DNA of 62,936 nucleotides, the filler included. It is 9 parts of 9 records of this genome, joined end to end, with 100 filler letters (N's around TTAATTAATTAA, not from the genome) between each part and the next. Parts side by side here need not be neighbours in the genome. Positions count along the whole stretch, not along the records: positions 6,839 to 12,129 come from SRR31147125_101572; positions 12,230 to 18,483 come from SRR31147125_101594; positions 18,584 to 28,155 come from SRR31147125_101649; 6 more parts are not named here. One strand, given 5' to 3'. Positions within the stretch are counted from its first letter, which is position 1. Every line of letters starts with the position of its first letter. The notes under the pieces were generated by a model. It was not told the DNA's origin and did no database searches. It saw only the letters and a program-made list of their open reading frames with translations. The translations under genes were made by a program, and so were the position numbers. This document shows, in pieces, positions 9,801-21,199 of this stretch.

Positions 9801-12129
9801 GGATGGAATGGATCTGTACCTCACCTTCTGTTTGCCTGTTTGTCTGTCTGTTTGTTTAGGTTGTCGACTTTGTTTCCATGTGCTTTGAACTGGACTCCCC
9901 CCTGCAGGAGGAGCGGGATTCCATTCTCAGCACGCTTTTACGCAATAGGCCCTCGCTTCTCTCGTCCTTCATCCTCCGAAGCTTGCCAGAAGTTCAGAAG
10001 AGGGAACATCCCTCGTTTGCGTGCGTGGGACGATGGAAATTCAAATGGATTCATGAGAGATATGCAGTGAGAAAACGGTTGAACGGGTAGCCATGAACTT
10101 CTTGCACAGTGTGGTCCGTTCTCTCACCAAGGAGATTGACTTCTGGATGTCACACGATCAGAAGGACTTATGTGGCAAAATGTGAGGATTCCCCCACCAC
10201 GACGAAACGGTTTTGTGCGACTCATTCTGCCCCCCTTCACAGCACTCTTATATCTCTTCTGCACCAAGGATCCTACCTTCCCGAAGCACGAGTACTGGCC
10301 GTAGAGCTTGCAGGTGTTCTTTCCAAGCATCCCGATGGACTCAATCCCGGTTTCCATATGCCCGTAGCGACACATATCCATCGTCACATGTTTGTACGGT
10401 CAACCTTCTACTATTCAGAGGCCCTGGCCCTCTCGCATCCACGCCTTTGCGGTATGTGTTCTCATCACCTTTCCCTCTTCTCAACCTTTGCCCAGGGGCA
10501 CTTGTTGGTGAGGTGGTGCGTGTGTTCCAGATTCTCTCGCCATCGAACATCCGAATCATCTTGCAATGTCTCCTCCCATGGATTCGCGGCTTTGGAAAAC
10601 TCACAGTACTCTTGCGTGACCATCTGGAGCCGGAGGAGGCGCCTGATACTGTGCTTCGTGGCCTCCTCGATCTTACCATACTTTGTGAGAAGAACGGATT
10701 CGGGTAGGTCGTCTGTCATCTTTACACGCATACGCGGTGGGTTGATCTTTTTTTTTTTCGTTCACAGGCATTACTTGGTGGAACGACTGTGGCATGAACT
10801 CGCAAGTGATTACGAACATGCAACAGAGATTGCACGCACCGCTGTGGTTTTCTTCATGGACACGTACATCAGAGCCTCAAAAGGGTGTGTCTCGTGCTTC
10901 AGCATCAGGACTTGCTGACTTTGCATTATCAGTGAAACTCCCGATACCACCGTTGCGGAAGGTTGCAAGGAAGTCTTTACGAGTATCCCCCGTTTTATGT
11001 TTCCTGCTTCCTGTTTTTCCTTGACGTTCTCCTAGTGCTTCAACGAGTGGAATTGCGCGAGATGGTACTCTCAAACCGTGCACTGCCACACAGAAATGAA
11101 TTCATGGCGTCTTTCGTAGATGTACAAGATCTTGGCGTCTTACTTGCGTCAGTACCCACTTGACATCCCAGGGAATCTTCGCGAACTGCGAGCACGTGGG
11201 TGTTGGGGTTGGTTGCTTGCCGCTTCACTTGCTTACCGTGGATGCCAGGATCTTCCGTGAGCGAACCCCTCGGACCATCAGAACATGCGGCCATGGAGGT
11301 AGGTGTGAACCCGGGCGTGTAAGAAGAGGGTAACCCGATCCCCCTGCCAGCTGTTTGCTCACTTGGCCTACGAGGGGGACGAGGCCATGGCGGTGCATCT
11401 TCCTCTGCTTCTTCAGAATCTTATTGTGTTCTACGGACCTCCACACCTGCTGAGAGACGTTTGTTCCCTCCTGATGACACCCACAGGATCTTCGCTCACT
11501 GTTTTTCAGGAGGCATGTGGTCGTGAACTTCTTACACAAATTGTGCGATCGTTTGGGATTCGGAGAGGTCCCTCCACCAGCATCCAAAATGCGGCTGTAT
11601 GTTGTCACGGCTGCGTGTGTCACGGCTGTTCACAAGATGTGTGCATCAGATGGAATTCATCAGCATGGATATGGGACATTTACTTGATTGCAATGCATTC
11701 CTTGGTATGTGTGAATGTGTGAATGTGTGGATGCGTGTGTGTGACCCCTCCCTCTTTTTGTGTGTGTGTGTGCGCGCGCAGATACAGGGATTGCGTCGGG
11801 AGACTTTGTTCGTGCTCTTGTTACATTGATCACTGTGCTTTCGTACGATCAGTACGTGAAAAAGAGAGGAGAGATTGATCCGACAAATGAACACCTCGGT
11901 CCACAGCCCCACCCTCCAGTCCGAGTGGGCGACGCTAGCGTTCGCCTGGTGCATCAAGAGCACAGATTCTGCAATTGGTGGGTTGTGGTGGTGTTGTCAC
12001 CTCTTTTCTCAAATTCTTTGACGCAGTAATGCTGTCCATTCGATTGTTTGTATTGCTTGCTGAGTCAATCGACCTTTCTCGCCTCCGTCAGATGACACAG
12101 GTAGTGATGATGATGATGATGATGATGAT
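6863..12129 (+). CDS. fry: Eukaryotic Furry/MOR2-PAG1/Tao3 cell-morphogenesis scaffold gene, internal fragment, multi-exon
   Basis: Removing GT-AG introns (6974-7019, 7086-7136, 7200-7256, 7365-7415, 7461-7505, 7642-7694, 7806-7847, 7924-7971 and more) gives a continuous frame. Furry-like blocks: MQMIVSKLFPKKTQLVP, LLRVAVQCFP, YDLWKNQLAFLC, YSEALALSHPRLC, IILQCLLPWIRGF, VERLWHELAS, LAYEGDEAMAVHLPLLLQ. The downstream exon structure was only partly traced. Confidence 0.8.
12106..12129. repeat. (GAT)n microsatellite at contig end
   Basis: Perfect trinucleotide run adjoining the linker. Confidence 0.9.
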
Positions 12130-12229
12130 NNNNNNNNNNNNNNNNNNNNNNNNNNNNNNNNNNNNNNNNNNNNTTAATTAATTAANNNNNNNNNNNNNNN
12201 NNNNNNNNNNNNNNNNNNNNNNNNNNNNN
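12130..12229. other. Artificial contig linker
   Basis: N44-TTAATTAATTAA-N44. Confidence 0.98.
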
Positions 12230-13219
12230 AAACAGACTCGAGTTCGCAAAATATCTCACAGCCGCAACATCCAGCATTTTATTTACGAGTGTATCATAGT
12301 TGTATCCTGCAACATTGGCTGCGTAGACATAAGAACCCGTTTTGCCAAGACTCGCCATAGAATTAATTTCAAGCAGGTAAATATTTTCATTTTCATCCAT
12401 CCTGATATCCACACGAGCAAAATCGCGCAGTTGTAATGCTCTAAAAGCTTCAATACTTAACCGGATCATCACACTGGACAGTTTTTGTGGGAGACTGGCA
12501 GGACATATCTTTTGACGAGGTTGATACTTTTTATGATCAACACTTTGAATGGCATCTGGATCATTATCCAGATCAAACTCTAATATTGGAAATGTTTCAA
12601 CCGGATTATTCCCCAAAAGTCCGACCGCAAACTCGCGTCCACGTATAAATTGTTCGACAAGCGCCTGTTGATTAAATTCCTCAATGATAAATTTGACTGC
12701 ATCACGAAGATCCTTCTCGTTGTTAACAACACGTAAACCAAAAGACACTGCCTCCATTTTGGGTTTAACAATCACAGGATATTCCACATCCTGCATATCA
12801 TCATCAGGAGTCGAATAAACCCAAAATTGAGGAGTTGGTATGCCCCGTTTTTGCATAAGAATTTTTGTAATGACTTTGTCCAAAGCCAGTGCATGTCCTG
12901 ATGGAGTTGAACCAACATAGGGAATACCCAGCATTTCCAACATGGATGGAATATGTGTATATCGACTTTCACCCTGAATTCCATAAGCCATATTAAAAAC
13001 CATGCCCATTCGCTCTCCCTGCATAACTCTAGGCATAAAATGTTGAAGAGATTCAATCATGTGCATATTTCCATCGATGGTCGCAACATTGTGGCCACCA
13101 CCTGTCAAGGCATCAGAAACAAATCTTACATTTTTAGAACTATATTTTTCTTTATTTTGCATACCAAAAACATTGATAACCCCGGACATATCTTTATTAT
13201 ATATTATTGCCACTTTCAT
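12230..13219 (-). CDS. D-Ala-D-Ala-ligase-like ATP-grasp protein, 3' truncated
   Basis: FNMAYGIQGESRY, LALDKVITK, PVIVKP, VEQFIRGREF, ARVDIR and LEINS motifs. The frame continues past the ATP-grasp domain into the gap. Likely start MKVAIIYN at 13219. Confidence 0.8.
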
Positions 13220-13349
13220 TTTATCAACTCCCAAATTTATGATTACTAGTGCATCCCACGCTTTATTCGCAGCCCTATTATCTGGTCTTTAGAATCGAAT
13301 GGGTTTCGTTTCCATGTTTCATAACGTCAGTCCTTCCTTAAAAAATGAC

Positions 13350-14267
13350 TTATACTGATTCTACAGCGGGTTTTGTTCCAGGTTTTCCTTCGTTATAGTT
13401 ATTATAAAAACGTTGCGTTGGATACGCAAAGTCGATATCATCATTTTCTGCAAAGGCTACTAAAATATCCTCCCAGATTTCCTGTTCAATAGCCCGACGG
13501 CGTCTGGGTTCACAAAGAAAACGAATCGTGAGCATAATACCACTATCCTTAACGCTCGTATAGACGGTCGGGGTCAATTTAGTGAAAAATATCATAAATT
13601 TTTTTGCCGCCAGTTTGACCTTTTTTTCCGCTGATTCACTCAGGGCTTCGCCATGTTTAGCAACAATTTCCAAAAGGATAAGCTTGACCTTTTTCCAGTC
13701 ACTCTCAAACGTCACCAAAACAGGGATTTCGTTCCATATATATTGAAATCCTTTACTGTAATTAGCCAAAACATCTGAAAATATTTTCCCGTTAGGAATA
13801 TGAATGACCCGCCCGGTACTTTGATCAGAATCCACCCAGTTACCAATTTCCATAACAGTGAACATAAAAATTCGTTGATCAATGACATCTCCTTTGTGTC
13901 CATCTATTTCAATTCTGTCGCCTACCGTGAATGGGCGACGCCAGAGAATGAAGGCCCAGGCAGCGAGATTGACAAGAGGAACCTGCATGGCAATGGCTAA
14001 ACCTGCAGATAATAGTCCCAGGTAGGTAGTCAGAGCCTGAAAACCCTCAAACCAGGTTCGTCCGATCAAAAAAACAGCAAAAGTAAAAGCGAGATAAGCA
14101 GTGACTTTTCGCCACCTATAATGAATCCGTATATCCTTTGAGGATTTGATGATTATCAACAGAAGGATTTTCCGGATAAGGAACAAAAAAAGAATTGCCA
14201 GTAAGGAGGTCAGCAGTTTTGTTTGAAACTCATGACTGAAGCCCAGGAGATCTTTAATCCATTGCAT
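13350..14267 (-). CDS. mscS: Small-conductance mechanosensitive channel (MscS family)
   Basis: N-terminal TM helices, GLLSAGLAIA, RPFTVGDRIEI, IPNGKI and IDFAYPTQ. Confidence 0.85.
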   Translation of the reverse strand: MQWIKDLLGFSHEFQTKLLTSLLAILFLFLIRKILLLIIIKSSKDIRIHYRWRKVTAYLAFTFAVFLIGRTWFEGFQALTTYLGLLSAGLAIAMQVPLVNLAAWAFILWRRPFTVGDRIEIDGHKGDVIDQRIFMFTVMEIGNWVDSDQSTGRVIHIPNGKIFSDVLANYSKGFQYIWNEIPVLVTFESDWKKVKLILLEIVAKHGEALSESAEKKVKLAAKKFMIFFTKLTPTVYTSVKDSGIMLTIRFLCEPRRRRAIEQEIWEDILVAFAENDDIDFAYPTQRFYNNYNEGKPGTKPAVESV

Positions 14268-14409
14268 CTGTTTTCACCTTGACGTAAATAGCCAGATTCG
14301 TCGTTATATTATTTAAATACATACAAGTTCAGGACAAAGAATTTATTTTATAACAAATATGCAAGCAATTACCCGTTATCCCAATCTTCGGTCAACCTGT
14401 TTAGCTTTA

Positions 14410-15824
14410 TTATGGAAAAACGCCCAAATCAAGATAAGAAAATGCGATTCCATCAATTGCTTTATAAAAAGCAGCTGTACGCAAATCCATTTTATTATCA
14501 AATTTCTTATAAATATCTCTAATTTCAGCATAAGCAGATATCATGGTTTCTTCCAAACCGGAATCAACCAGATCCTTCTCATCAGCGCCGTGTGCGATTT
14601 GGGCGAAATCTCCTTTATCAACTGTTTTACCAGTCATTTTCTCAATTTCCCGTAGCATCTTGATATTTTCACTCTCTTCAAAACGTTTATTCATTTTACC
14701 AAACGGTACATGAGATAAATTTTTCAGCCATTCAAAATAGGAAACAGTGACACCGCCGGCATTTAAATAGATATCAGGAATAATTATAACACCTTTTTCT
14801 GTCAAAATTTCATCCGCATCTGAGGTTGTAGGTCCATTGGCACCTTCACCAATTATTTTCGCCTTGATTTTTGCTGCATTTTGTTTTGTGATTTGATTCT
14901 CGAGAGCGGCAGGAATGAGAATATCACATTCCAATTCCAGTGCCTCAGCTGTATTTGGAATATCCATTGCGTTTGGAAAGTTTAAAATAGATTTTGTTTC
15001 TTGTCGATGAGCCATAACAGAATCTATATCCAAACCTTTTGCATTATAAATAGCTCCTTCATATTCAGCTAATCCGATCAGAATAGCTCCCCCCTCTTGC
15101 AGGTGTTTGGCAGCATAATATCCCACGTTTCCGAGTCCCTGCACAACCACTTTTTTTCCGGTAAGTCCGGGTGTTAAACCGAGTTTTTTCATATCCTCTG
15201 CATAATTGCAGGCTTCGCGCACGCCAAAAAAAACACCCCGGCCAGTTGCCTCTTTGCGGCCATAAACCCCGCCTTCGGCAATGGGTTTTCCGGTTACGCA
15301 GGCCAGGGAATCCAGTTCGCCTGGTTTGAAGGATTGATATGTATCGACAATCCAGGCCATTTCCCGAGGGCCTGTACCAAAATCCGGTGCAGGAACGTCA
15401 ACACCGGACCAAGCAGATTTTTCCGGGTCAACTCGTATGTATATCGCCGGGTAACACGTTCCAGTTCAGAATCAGAATAGTTTTTTTTATTTATTTTCAC
15501 ACCACCTTTTGCTCCGGCGAATGGCACATCCACCACAGCGCATTTATAGGTCATCAAGGCTGCCAGGGCAATGACTTCATCCTCACCAACAAAATCTGCA
15601 AATCGAATACCTCCTTTTGTCGGAAGTTTGTGATGACTATGCTCTGCGCGCCAGGCATGCAAAACTTCGATGGAGCCATTATCCCTTTTTAGAGGAAAGG
15701 CCATATGATAAATACTATTGCAGGCCTTTATCTGATCTAGAATACCTTTTGGATGCTTTGAATACACCGCTGCTTTATCAAAATAGAGATTGACCTGATC
15801 AAAAAAATTAATTTGTGAAGACAT
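14410..15824 (-). CDS. gdhA: Glu/Leu/Phe/Val dehydrogenase, NAD(P)-dependent glutamate dehydrogenase type (frameshift near 15404)
   Basis: [26 protein letters not shown], (G)[25 protein letters not shown] and [12 protein letters not shown], split over ORFs 15294-15824 and 14410-15360. Confidence 0.85.
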
Positions 15825-16327
15825 TTATAAAACCTCCATTTTGCTGTGAATTGATTATGATTATTTTGGTATTTTATCGTAATGATAGCATTTTTACGAC
15901 ATAACATAATATTTCAACTAGAATAACATTTTAATAATATGGATTTTGTCCATATTAAAAATCAAGATCAAATGATTGAAATATTTTGGTACGATAACAT
16001 TCCTGCCGAATTTATTACGATTATTTTTAACAAATAATTCTGATAATTGGCTATCTCCATGACCACTAAATACCACATTTGGCTCCAAATTGATTCCCAA
16101 AAGTCATGTAACATATCATTATACTCGCCATGCCCGAAAAAATCACCTATATTATCAATTTTTACCCAATTATTGAATTCGTTGGTGAATTTTCACAACT
16201 GGTCTTGCTTTTGAACCAGGTAATCCGCTGAATCCCCTGCCGGATAACAGAATAAAAATTGTATCCTTTGTATTTACCAGTCCTTGTCCCAAAAAACTAT
16301 TTTTCTTTTTTTCTTTATTCTTTTGCT

Positions 16328-17428
16328 TCAAAGTTTTTTACGAATAGTGCTGGCGCGCATTCTACATTTAAACGCAACAGATCTGTGTCCCAACCGGTCA
16401 TGGGCCTCCGCCAAACCTTCCCATGCAGGTGCATACATGACATCAACATCAAGACAAAATTGAAATTGACTGATAGATTCCTCTGCAAATCCTTGTTGTA
16501 AAAGATGTTTTCCCTGACGAAAATGGATCTCAATATCCGCAAGTTCCGAATTCAAACGCAATTGAATGATATCTTCTGATTTGGCGGTTACAACAGAACA
16601 GGGTAATTCTCTCATAACCTTTTCCGTAACTTTACCCATTAAAATTTTGTGAGAATCCGTTGATCCAATGGCTCCCATGACTAACAGTTGGCAATTCAAT
16701 TGATTGCATGCTTGCAAGATTTCTTCATAGGCTTTCCCCCTTTTTATTAATTTGTTCCAGGTAATATTAATGAAATCAAAATCTTTTAAAAATATTTCAA
16801 ACTCGATTTGTTTTTGCCGGGCATATAATTCTTGTTCTTTCATTCTCTTTTTTGTGCTATCGTCCAGATAGTAAGCTGGAATAGGTTGTATTACATGTAA
16901 AACAGTAAGTTCAGCGTGTAAATACCGGGATAAATCGATTGCATTCTCCAATGCCCTTTCTGAAGATGTCGATAGATCAACCGGACATAAAATCCGTTTT
17001 ATGGGAGGCTTATCGCCTTTTTTTACAACCCAGACCGGTTTTTTTGCGTTTTGGACAAGCCTCTCGGTTGTTATTCCTAAAGGGAAATTGCTTTTCACGT
17101 CTTTTTCCCCAGAGCCCATCATGATGACGTTCACATCATTTATTTCTGCCGCCTCAATAATTTTCACATATGGGATTTCTCCGGAGAGAATGGATTCTTT
17201 TACCTGAATCCCCTGTTTGCTTATATCTTGTTTTATTTTTTCTAATCGCTCTATCGTACGATTTTTAAAATACGTAAGATCAACAGAAGATAAGTCAAGT
17301 TCGCGAATTACATGAACTAGAATAATCTCGGAATGAAAAGTCCTGGCGATAAAGACGGCCATATTAATCGCATGATCAGATGATTCTCTAAAATCAACAG
17401 CTAACAGTATTTTCTCAATTAATTTCAT
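16328..17428 (-). CDS. Tandem-domain universal stress protein with C-terminal TPR-like repeat
   Basis: Two USP domains (KILLAVDF...LGITTERL; RILCPVDL...MGKVTEKV) followed by a TPR-like helix pair (HFRQGKHLL...AWEGLAEAH). Likely start at 17428. Confidence 0.85.
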   Translation of the reverse strand: MKLIEKILLAVDFRESSDHAINMAVFIARTFHSEIILVHVIRELDLSSVDLTYFKNRTIERLEKIKQDISKQGIQVKESILSGEIPYVKIIEAAEINDVNVIMMGSGEKDVKSNFPLGITTERLVQNAKKPVWVVKKGDKPPIKRILCPVDLSTSSERALENAIDLSRYLHAELTVLHVIQPIPAYYLDDSTKKRMKEQELYARQKQIEFEIFLKDFDFINITWNKLIKRGKAYEEILQACNQLNCQLLVMGAIGSTDSHKILMGKVTEKVMRELPCSVVTAKSEDIIQLRLNSELADIEIHFRQGKHLLQQGFAEESISQFQFCLDVDVMYAPAWEGLAEAHDRLGHRSVAFKCRMRASTIRKKL

Positions 17429-17627
17429 TTTTTTAAGACTTTTATTATTGATGAATGAGAACGAATATTCGCCATATAGCATACATTGGGCTATTCGTTT
17501 ATGACAGCCTAATTAACCTATCAGATATTATGAAGTTTATGTCAATTTTATCATTTTCTATTAGTTTATTATAATTGAAAGTACTATATATACAAACAAA
17601 TAATGATGTAAAATATTTTACTTTTTC

Positions 17628-18483
17628 TTAATCCGGGGATCGTGCTCCCAGACCCGGTTCCGGATTGGGAAACAAAATTCCATCTCGTAAAATGACAGAA
17701 CCGCTAGCAGGATCGCCAATAAGATCCAGATGGCCGTCGAGATCGGCATAAAGAACATTAGGTCTGGCTAACGCGAATTGAAGCCCTGCAGCGATACCAA
17801 GAGCCGACTCATCCATACAGCCAACCATTACTTCCAGATTTGCCGAACGGGCTACGGCATTAATCTGTAACGCTTCTGAAATACCTCCGACCTTCATAAG
17901 CTTGACATTCACCATATCGACAAATTCACCACGGGCAAGACGAAAAGCATCGCGTAGATTCATCAAACTTTCATCCGCCATAACCGGCAATTGCACCTGA
18001 TTCGTAATTCTGCTCAACAGATCCGGTTTTCCCCTCGGAGTTGGCTGTTCAATTAATTCCAGTTTTTCATTTTTAACGGAATTTACAAAATGTAATGTAT
18101 CCTCCACCGTATATCCCTGATTGGCATCAAATCTCAATTCAATGGACTCACCCACTGTTTCCCGTACACGAATGATGCGTTCAATATCGTTCTGCACATT
18201 TTCACCACCTTTAATTTTAATGGCTCTAAATCCCTGTTTTACAAATTCCCTGGCTTTGCTTATTGTTTCGTTCAATGGGCAAATCCCAATCGTAACACTT
18301 GTTAATATGGAATCCCGAAAGCCGCCCATTAACTTGTATACTGGTAATCCAGCTGTTTTTCCGAGAATGTCATATAGAGCCATGTCAACCATTGCAAAAA
18401 CAGAGGGTTGGTCAATTAATAATTTTTCAAGCTCATCCAATATGGTGGCAATGCGTAATGGATCCGCATTCCTGAGCATTGGT
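17628..18483 (-). CDS. Dipeptide (L-Ala-D/L-Glu type) epimerase, enolase superfamily, 5' truncated
   Basis: KIK, DAN, EQP, DES, NVKLMK, GCM and DLD motifs. Confidence 0.85.
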
Positions 18484-18583
18484 NNNNNNNNNNNNNNNNN
18501 NNNNNNNNNNNNNNNNNNNNNNNNNNNTTAATTAATTAANNNNNNNNNNNNNNNNNNNNNNNNNNNNNNNNNNNNNNNNNNNN
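18484..18583. other. Artificial contig linker
   Basis: N44-TTAATTAATTAA-N44. Confidence 0.98.
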
Positions 18584-19105
18584 CATACAGAAGCGGCAGC
18601 CGATGCAGCGGTGGAAGTCCATCGCGACAATACCGTTCTTCTCAACAACAAAGGTCGCCTTGGTCGGGCACGCCTTCACACAGGATGGGTTATCGCAGTG
18701 GTTGCAGAGCACCGGCAGCTCGCTTTCCTTCACAATCTGCGAGCGGTGGTTCTGCGAATGCTCCGGAAACGCATTCTCGTAACCGGTCTTCCAGATCCAC
18801 TTGATCTCGCTTTTCCGCTCGGGAATCTGCGGGATGTTGTGTGCGTCAACGCAAGCGTTGACCGCAGTATCGAGCAGCGATTGATCCTTGTAGAACGTGC
18901 GCAGGTCTATCACCATGCCGAGCCGCACGCCCGACGGCGCGTCGCCGTGTCCATCGGCACCGTGGCCGGCGGCAGGAGCCTCATGTCCACCACCTGCGGC
19001 AATCGCGTCGGTGGAAGATATCTTGATGACGGCAGGTGCGCTCATTCCGGCAAGTACCGTTGCGCCCGCCATTTTCAGAAACTTTCTTCTTTTGTTATCC
19101 ATCAT
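18584..19105 (-). CDS. dsrO: DsrO periplasmic Fe-S subunit, 3' truncated
   Basis: Tat signal RRKFLK; CNHCDNPSCVKACP and CIGCRFC; follows dsrJ. Confidence 0.93.
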
Positions 19106-19497
19106 TGAGCCTCCTTCTTTGCCAACTCAGTGGGCGTAATATGACAGTCCCAACAGGTGGGCGAAACAGCTGCGTACTCATGACAGGTATCGCAGAACTT
19201 CTCTTTGTTTGAGTGGCACTGCATGCAGGCGATCTGCAGTCCTTTCTGGTACTCCTTGCCGTCGACAGTGATCTTCACCCGGTCGGAGTCGCGCAGAACG
19301 TCATCTCGCCATTCATTCAACAGTTGCATGTGTGTGTCTCTCATCTCCGCAGCAGGAGCGACACACGCTTTTTCACCACCTGGCGGCAGTTCGGGCTTCG
19401 GCAGCGGGCCGGCATCCAAACCGTTGAACCAGACGGGGAACGTTACGAACAGGACGAAAATAACGAGTCCCGAAATTATATATCCCTTGTTGTACAT
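19102..19497 (-). CDS. dsrJ: DsrJ triheme cytochrome c
   Basis: N-terminal TM anchor, MRDTHMQLLNEWRD and three CxxCH motifs (CMQCH, CDTCH, CWDCH). Confidence 0.95.
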   Translation of the reverse strand: MYNKGYIISGLVIFVLFVTFPVWFNGLDAGPLPKPELPPGGEKACVAPAAEMRDTHMQLLNEWRDDVLRDSDRVKITVDGKEYQKGLQIACMQCHSNKEKFCDTCHEYAAVSPTCWDCHITPTELAKKEAQ

Positions 19498-19526
19498 TAT
19501 TCGTATCTCCTCTATTCCGGTCAGGG

Positions 19527-21167
19527 TTAGAATACCATCGTCCGCAGGCCTTCATCGAGCTCACCGCGCGTCTCGCCCTCGAGAACGATCGCATTGCCGA
19601 CAAGCTCGGTTATTCCACAGACCCCGACATTGGGATTCCAGTAATCCATCAGCGACGTCAATGTTGCCCGGTCGATCGCGCAGACACAGGACAGCATATT
19701 GACGTCATGTTTCTCTTCCACGTATTTAACCGCATTGGCCCGCGGCAAACCGGCACGCATCCGGAGTTCCATGATCTCGTCGGTATTGAGGCCGGTTCCA
19801 GATCCGCAGCAGAACGTCTTTTCGCGAATGGTGTTCTCGGGCATCTCTACCCAGTCAACGATGTGATCGAGGATGTAACGCGGTTCATCCAGGAGGCCCA
19901 TCGCCCTGGCCGGGTTGCAGGAATCGTGAAAGGTCGCCTTCACATGGCTGTTGCGGCTCTTGTCGAGATTCAGCTTGCCATGCTTAATCAGGTCCGCTGT
20001 AAACTCGGAGATATGCACCATCTTGGTCGATGCGGCGTTCTCGAACACCGTTCCGGTAATCGGAGATTTCGGTACCTCGAGGAAATCAGCCGGGCCGTTC
20101 ATCGTATCCATGTACTGGTGAAGCACGCGCCACATGTGGCCGCACTCGCCGCCGAGAATATGCTTGACGCCAAGTCGCTTGGCTTCGGCGTACATCTTAG
20201 CATTGAGCTTCTTCATTGCCTCGTTGCTGGTGAACAAACCGAAGTTACCGCCTTCTGATGCATACGTGGACCAGGTGTAATCGAGTCCGATATGCTCGAA
20301 GAGGATAAGGTACCCCATCGCGGTGTAGAGACCGGGCTCGGCGAAGACATCTGCCGACGGGGTGATGAAAAGGACCTCGGCACCCTTGCGGTTAAAGCTC
20401 GGCTCTATTTTGATGCCGGTGAGGTTCTCGACATCCTCGGCGAGGAAATCGACGTTATCCTTGAACGTATGAGGCTGCAGCCCCATATGGTTACCGGTCC
20501 GGTTGGAGTTCGAAACCGGTTCGAGAATCCAGTTGATACCGATGCCGACAAGGTGCAGCAGCTCGCGCATCATCATGGTCACTTCGGCGGTATCGATACC
20601 GTACGGGCAGAATACGGAACAGCGGCGACATTCGGTACACTGGTAGGAATACATGAACCATTCCTTCAGGACACCGACGGTCATCTCCCGCGCTCCCCCA
20701 AGCTTCGCCATTTTCCCGAGGATCTTACCCGCCAGGGTGAAATCGTTGCGGTAGACGGAACGAAGCAGTTCCGCACGCAGGACCGGCATGTTTTTCGGGT
20801 CGCCGGTACCGAGGAAGAAATGACACTTGTCTGCGCAGGCGCCGCAGCGCACGCAGCAGTCCATGAAGATCTTCAGAGACCTGAATTTTCCAAGCCGCTC
20901 GGCGAGCCCCTCTATGATGATATCCTTCCAGTTGTCCGGAAGCTTCCAGTCATCGTCTTCAGGGGACCACTCGCGAGCATTCGGGAAGTGCAGCCCTTTC
21001 TGGGAGTTGAGATACTCTACTTTTTCTTTTTTGGCAGGGTAGGCATAATCCCCCGGTTTGAAGACAACCGGGATATCCATCCAGTCCTTGGTTGGTACGG
21101 CACCTGTAGCCAAGGACGGTCCCTGCACGACGCTTTTGGATAGTTGCTCTAGTTTTGGAACTGACAT
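19527..21167 (-). CDS. dsrK: DsrK Fe-S/CCG-domain subunit
   Basis: CVRCGACADKC, CTECRRCSVFCP, GECGHMWR, HDSCN and FCCGSG; lies between dsrM and dsrJ. Confidence 0.96.
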   Translation of the reverse strand: MSVPKLEQLSKSVVQGPSLATGAVPTKDWMDIPVVFKPGDYAYPAKKEKVEYLNSQKGLHFPNAREWSPEDDDWKLPDNWKDIIIEGLAERLGKFRSLKIFMDCCVRCGACADKCHFFLGTGDPKNMPVLRAELLRSVYRNDFTLAGKILGKMAKLGGAREMTVGVLKEWFMYSYQCTECRRCSVFCPYGIDTAEVTMMMRELLHLVGIGINWILEPVSNSNRTGNHMGLQPHTFKDNVDFLAEDVENLTGIKIEPSFNRKGAEVLFITPSADVFAEPGLYTAMGYLILFEHIGLDYTWSTYASEGGNFGLFTSNEAMKKLNAKMYAEAKRLGVKHILGGECGHMWRVLHQYMDTMNGPADFLEVPKSPITGTVFENAASTKMVHISEFTADLIKHGKLNLDKSRNSHVKATFHDSCNPARAMGLLDEPRYILDHIVDWVEMPENTIREKTFCCGSGTGLNTDEIMELRMRAGLPRANAVKYVEEKHDVNMLSCVCAIDRATLTSLMDYWNPNVGVCGITELVGNAIVLEGETRGELDEGLRTMVF

Positions 21168-21199
21168 CGTATTAATCCTTATAAGCTGTTATTGGCAGT

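Noticed and set aside
6982-12181. Dozens of short ORFs on both strands, suggesting small genes or an alternative genetic code
   Set aside because: In the part traced, stops fall inside GT-AG introns and the exons join in the standard code, so no recoding is needed.
15918-16260. Possible small gene or pseudogene between USP and gdh
   Set aside because: Only short AT-rich frames with no recognisable motif.
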